In this document: positions 62,903 through 64,000 of the stretch, piece after piece
How positions within the stretch are numbered: the first letter of the stretch is position 1
How the letters are laid out: every line of letters starts with the position of its first letter
Assembly (NCBI RefSeq): GCF_021028975.2
Contig: NC_059425.1
Coordinates: forward strand, 25,978,001 to 26,042,000
DNA: 64,000 nucleotides
Reading direction: 5' to 3'
Source of the DNA: Sphaerodactylus townsendi
Lineage: Eukaryota
Position numbers and translations under genes: made by a program
The notes under the pieces: model-generated
The model's input: the letters and a program-made list of their open reading frames with translations, nothing else
The model's database searches: none
What the model was told of the DNA's origin: nothing

Positions 62903-63747
62903 GAGGGGCTACGTAGCACGTTACGAGAGCGACTGAGCCCCTGTTCCAAGCCGGTTGTTCCGCCGGCTGGAAAGGAGAATCCAGATTTTGAGCAGGAAAT
63001 TAAGCGGAAAGGGCGCCTTTACCCAAGGGGCTTATTTTGGGGGAGAGTGAGAAGAAACAAGGTAGCCAGACCTTGGTGAGAAGTTGAGTTGCCAACCTCC
63101 TCCAGGTGGGGCCTGGGGTTCTCCCGGAAATACAGCTCATCTGACTACAGAGATCAGTTCCTGTAGGGCAGCTTCCAAGGACTGGTTCGATGCTATACCG
63201 TAGATCCTATTGCCCCCTCCACAAGCTCCACTCCCCAATCACCAGGAATTTCCCAGGTCGGGTTAGCAACCCTATGGAGTAGCTGCCAACAGCCTGAGGA
63301 AGTGGTGCTCTTCCGGTTTAGAAATCTAACTCTGGATAAAAAAAAAATGTCCTGGTTAGAATGAAGTTGGTGATGGCTGTGGGTTTGGAAGAGGAAGAGA
63401 AAAAAATGGGGTGGGGGGAGAACAGAGATGAAGGAACTGTTTCATGTCTGTGGGGTTCTATATGACTCAGTTTTCTTTGCCCCATTTTCCCCACTGCCAA
63501 TGGAATAGTGGGTGGGTGGGGGGAGGGAGGAACGAGTGAAGGAATTGACTGTCCTGACACTAAAAAGATGACTCATCTAATTGGAATGACAGTGCTCAGG
63601 TGCCAAGTGGATGAGCCACAACTGGGGGTGACTCATAAACGGCAGCCGCCTGGGGGCCCGGAAGGGACAAATGGAGGGGAACAAATGGAGCAAAGTTAGG
63701 GGTTGTCCCTTTATATTCTGGCGGGACCCCTGGCAGGACTCCAACAA

Positions 63748-64000
63748 GGTTAAGAGCAGGTGCATTCTAATCTGGAGAACCAGGTTTGATTCCCTGCTCT
63801 GCAACTTGAGCTGTGGAAGCTAAATTAGCTGTGGAAGCTGTGGGAACTAAATTAGCTTGTGCATTCCAACACAGGCCAGCTGGGTGACCTTGGGCTAGTC
63901 ACAGTTCTTTGGAGCTCTCTCAGCCCCACCCACCTCACAGGGTGTTTGTTGTGAGGGGGGGAGGGAAAGGAGTTTGTCAGCCCCTTTGAGTCTCCTACAG
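63748..64000 (+). mobile_element. Squam3-like SINE (runs off the window)
   Basis: Same family, with an internal duplication of gctgtggaag. Confidence 0.75.

Overview
Vertebrate genomic DNA. The Squam3-like and 5S/Sauria-type SINEs, CR1/L2 fragments and many hAT/Harbinger MITEs point to a squamate, most likely a gecko. I reconstructed four intron-containing genes by hand from GT-AG boundaries with consistent phases. (1) The 3' part of BBS1 (+, 12 coding exons, 130-13910). (2) A complete cathepsin W-like gene (-, 11 exons, 24749-15664, 353 aa). (3) A complete 5-exon TGF-beta superfamily gene (+, 37482-49411, 208 aa) that appears in the ORF track only as unlabelled fragments. Its size, exon plan and motifs resemble fish GSDF (gonadal soma-derived factor), a gonad/sex-determination ligand generally described as absent from amniotes, and NR5A1/SF-1 and GATA motifs sit just upstream. 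(4) A complete TMED10/p24-delta-type gene (-, 58348-53710, 212 aa) that looks like a divergent paralog rather than the canonical TMED10. The rest is mostly TE-derived, including Penelope-like palindromes with hammerhead-ribozyme cores and a SPIN-type MITE. The GSDF-like gene is the main candidate discovery; family assignments rest on remembered sequences, not on searches.
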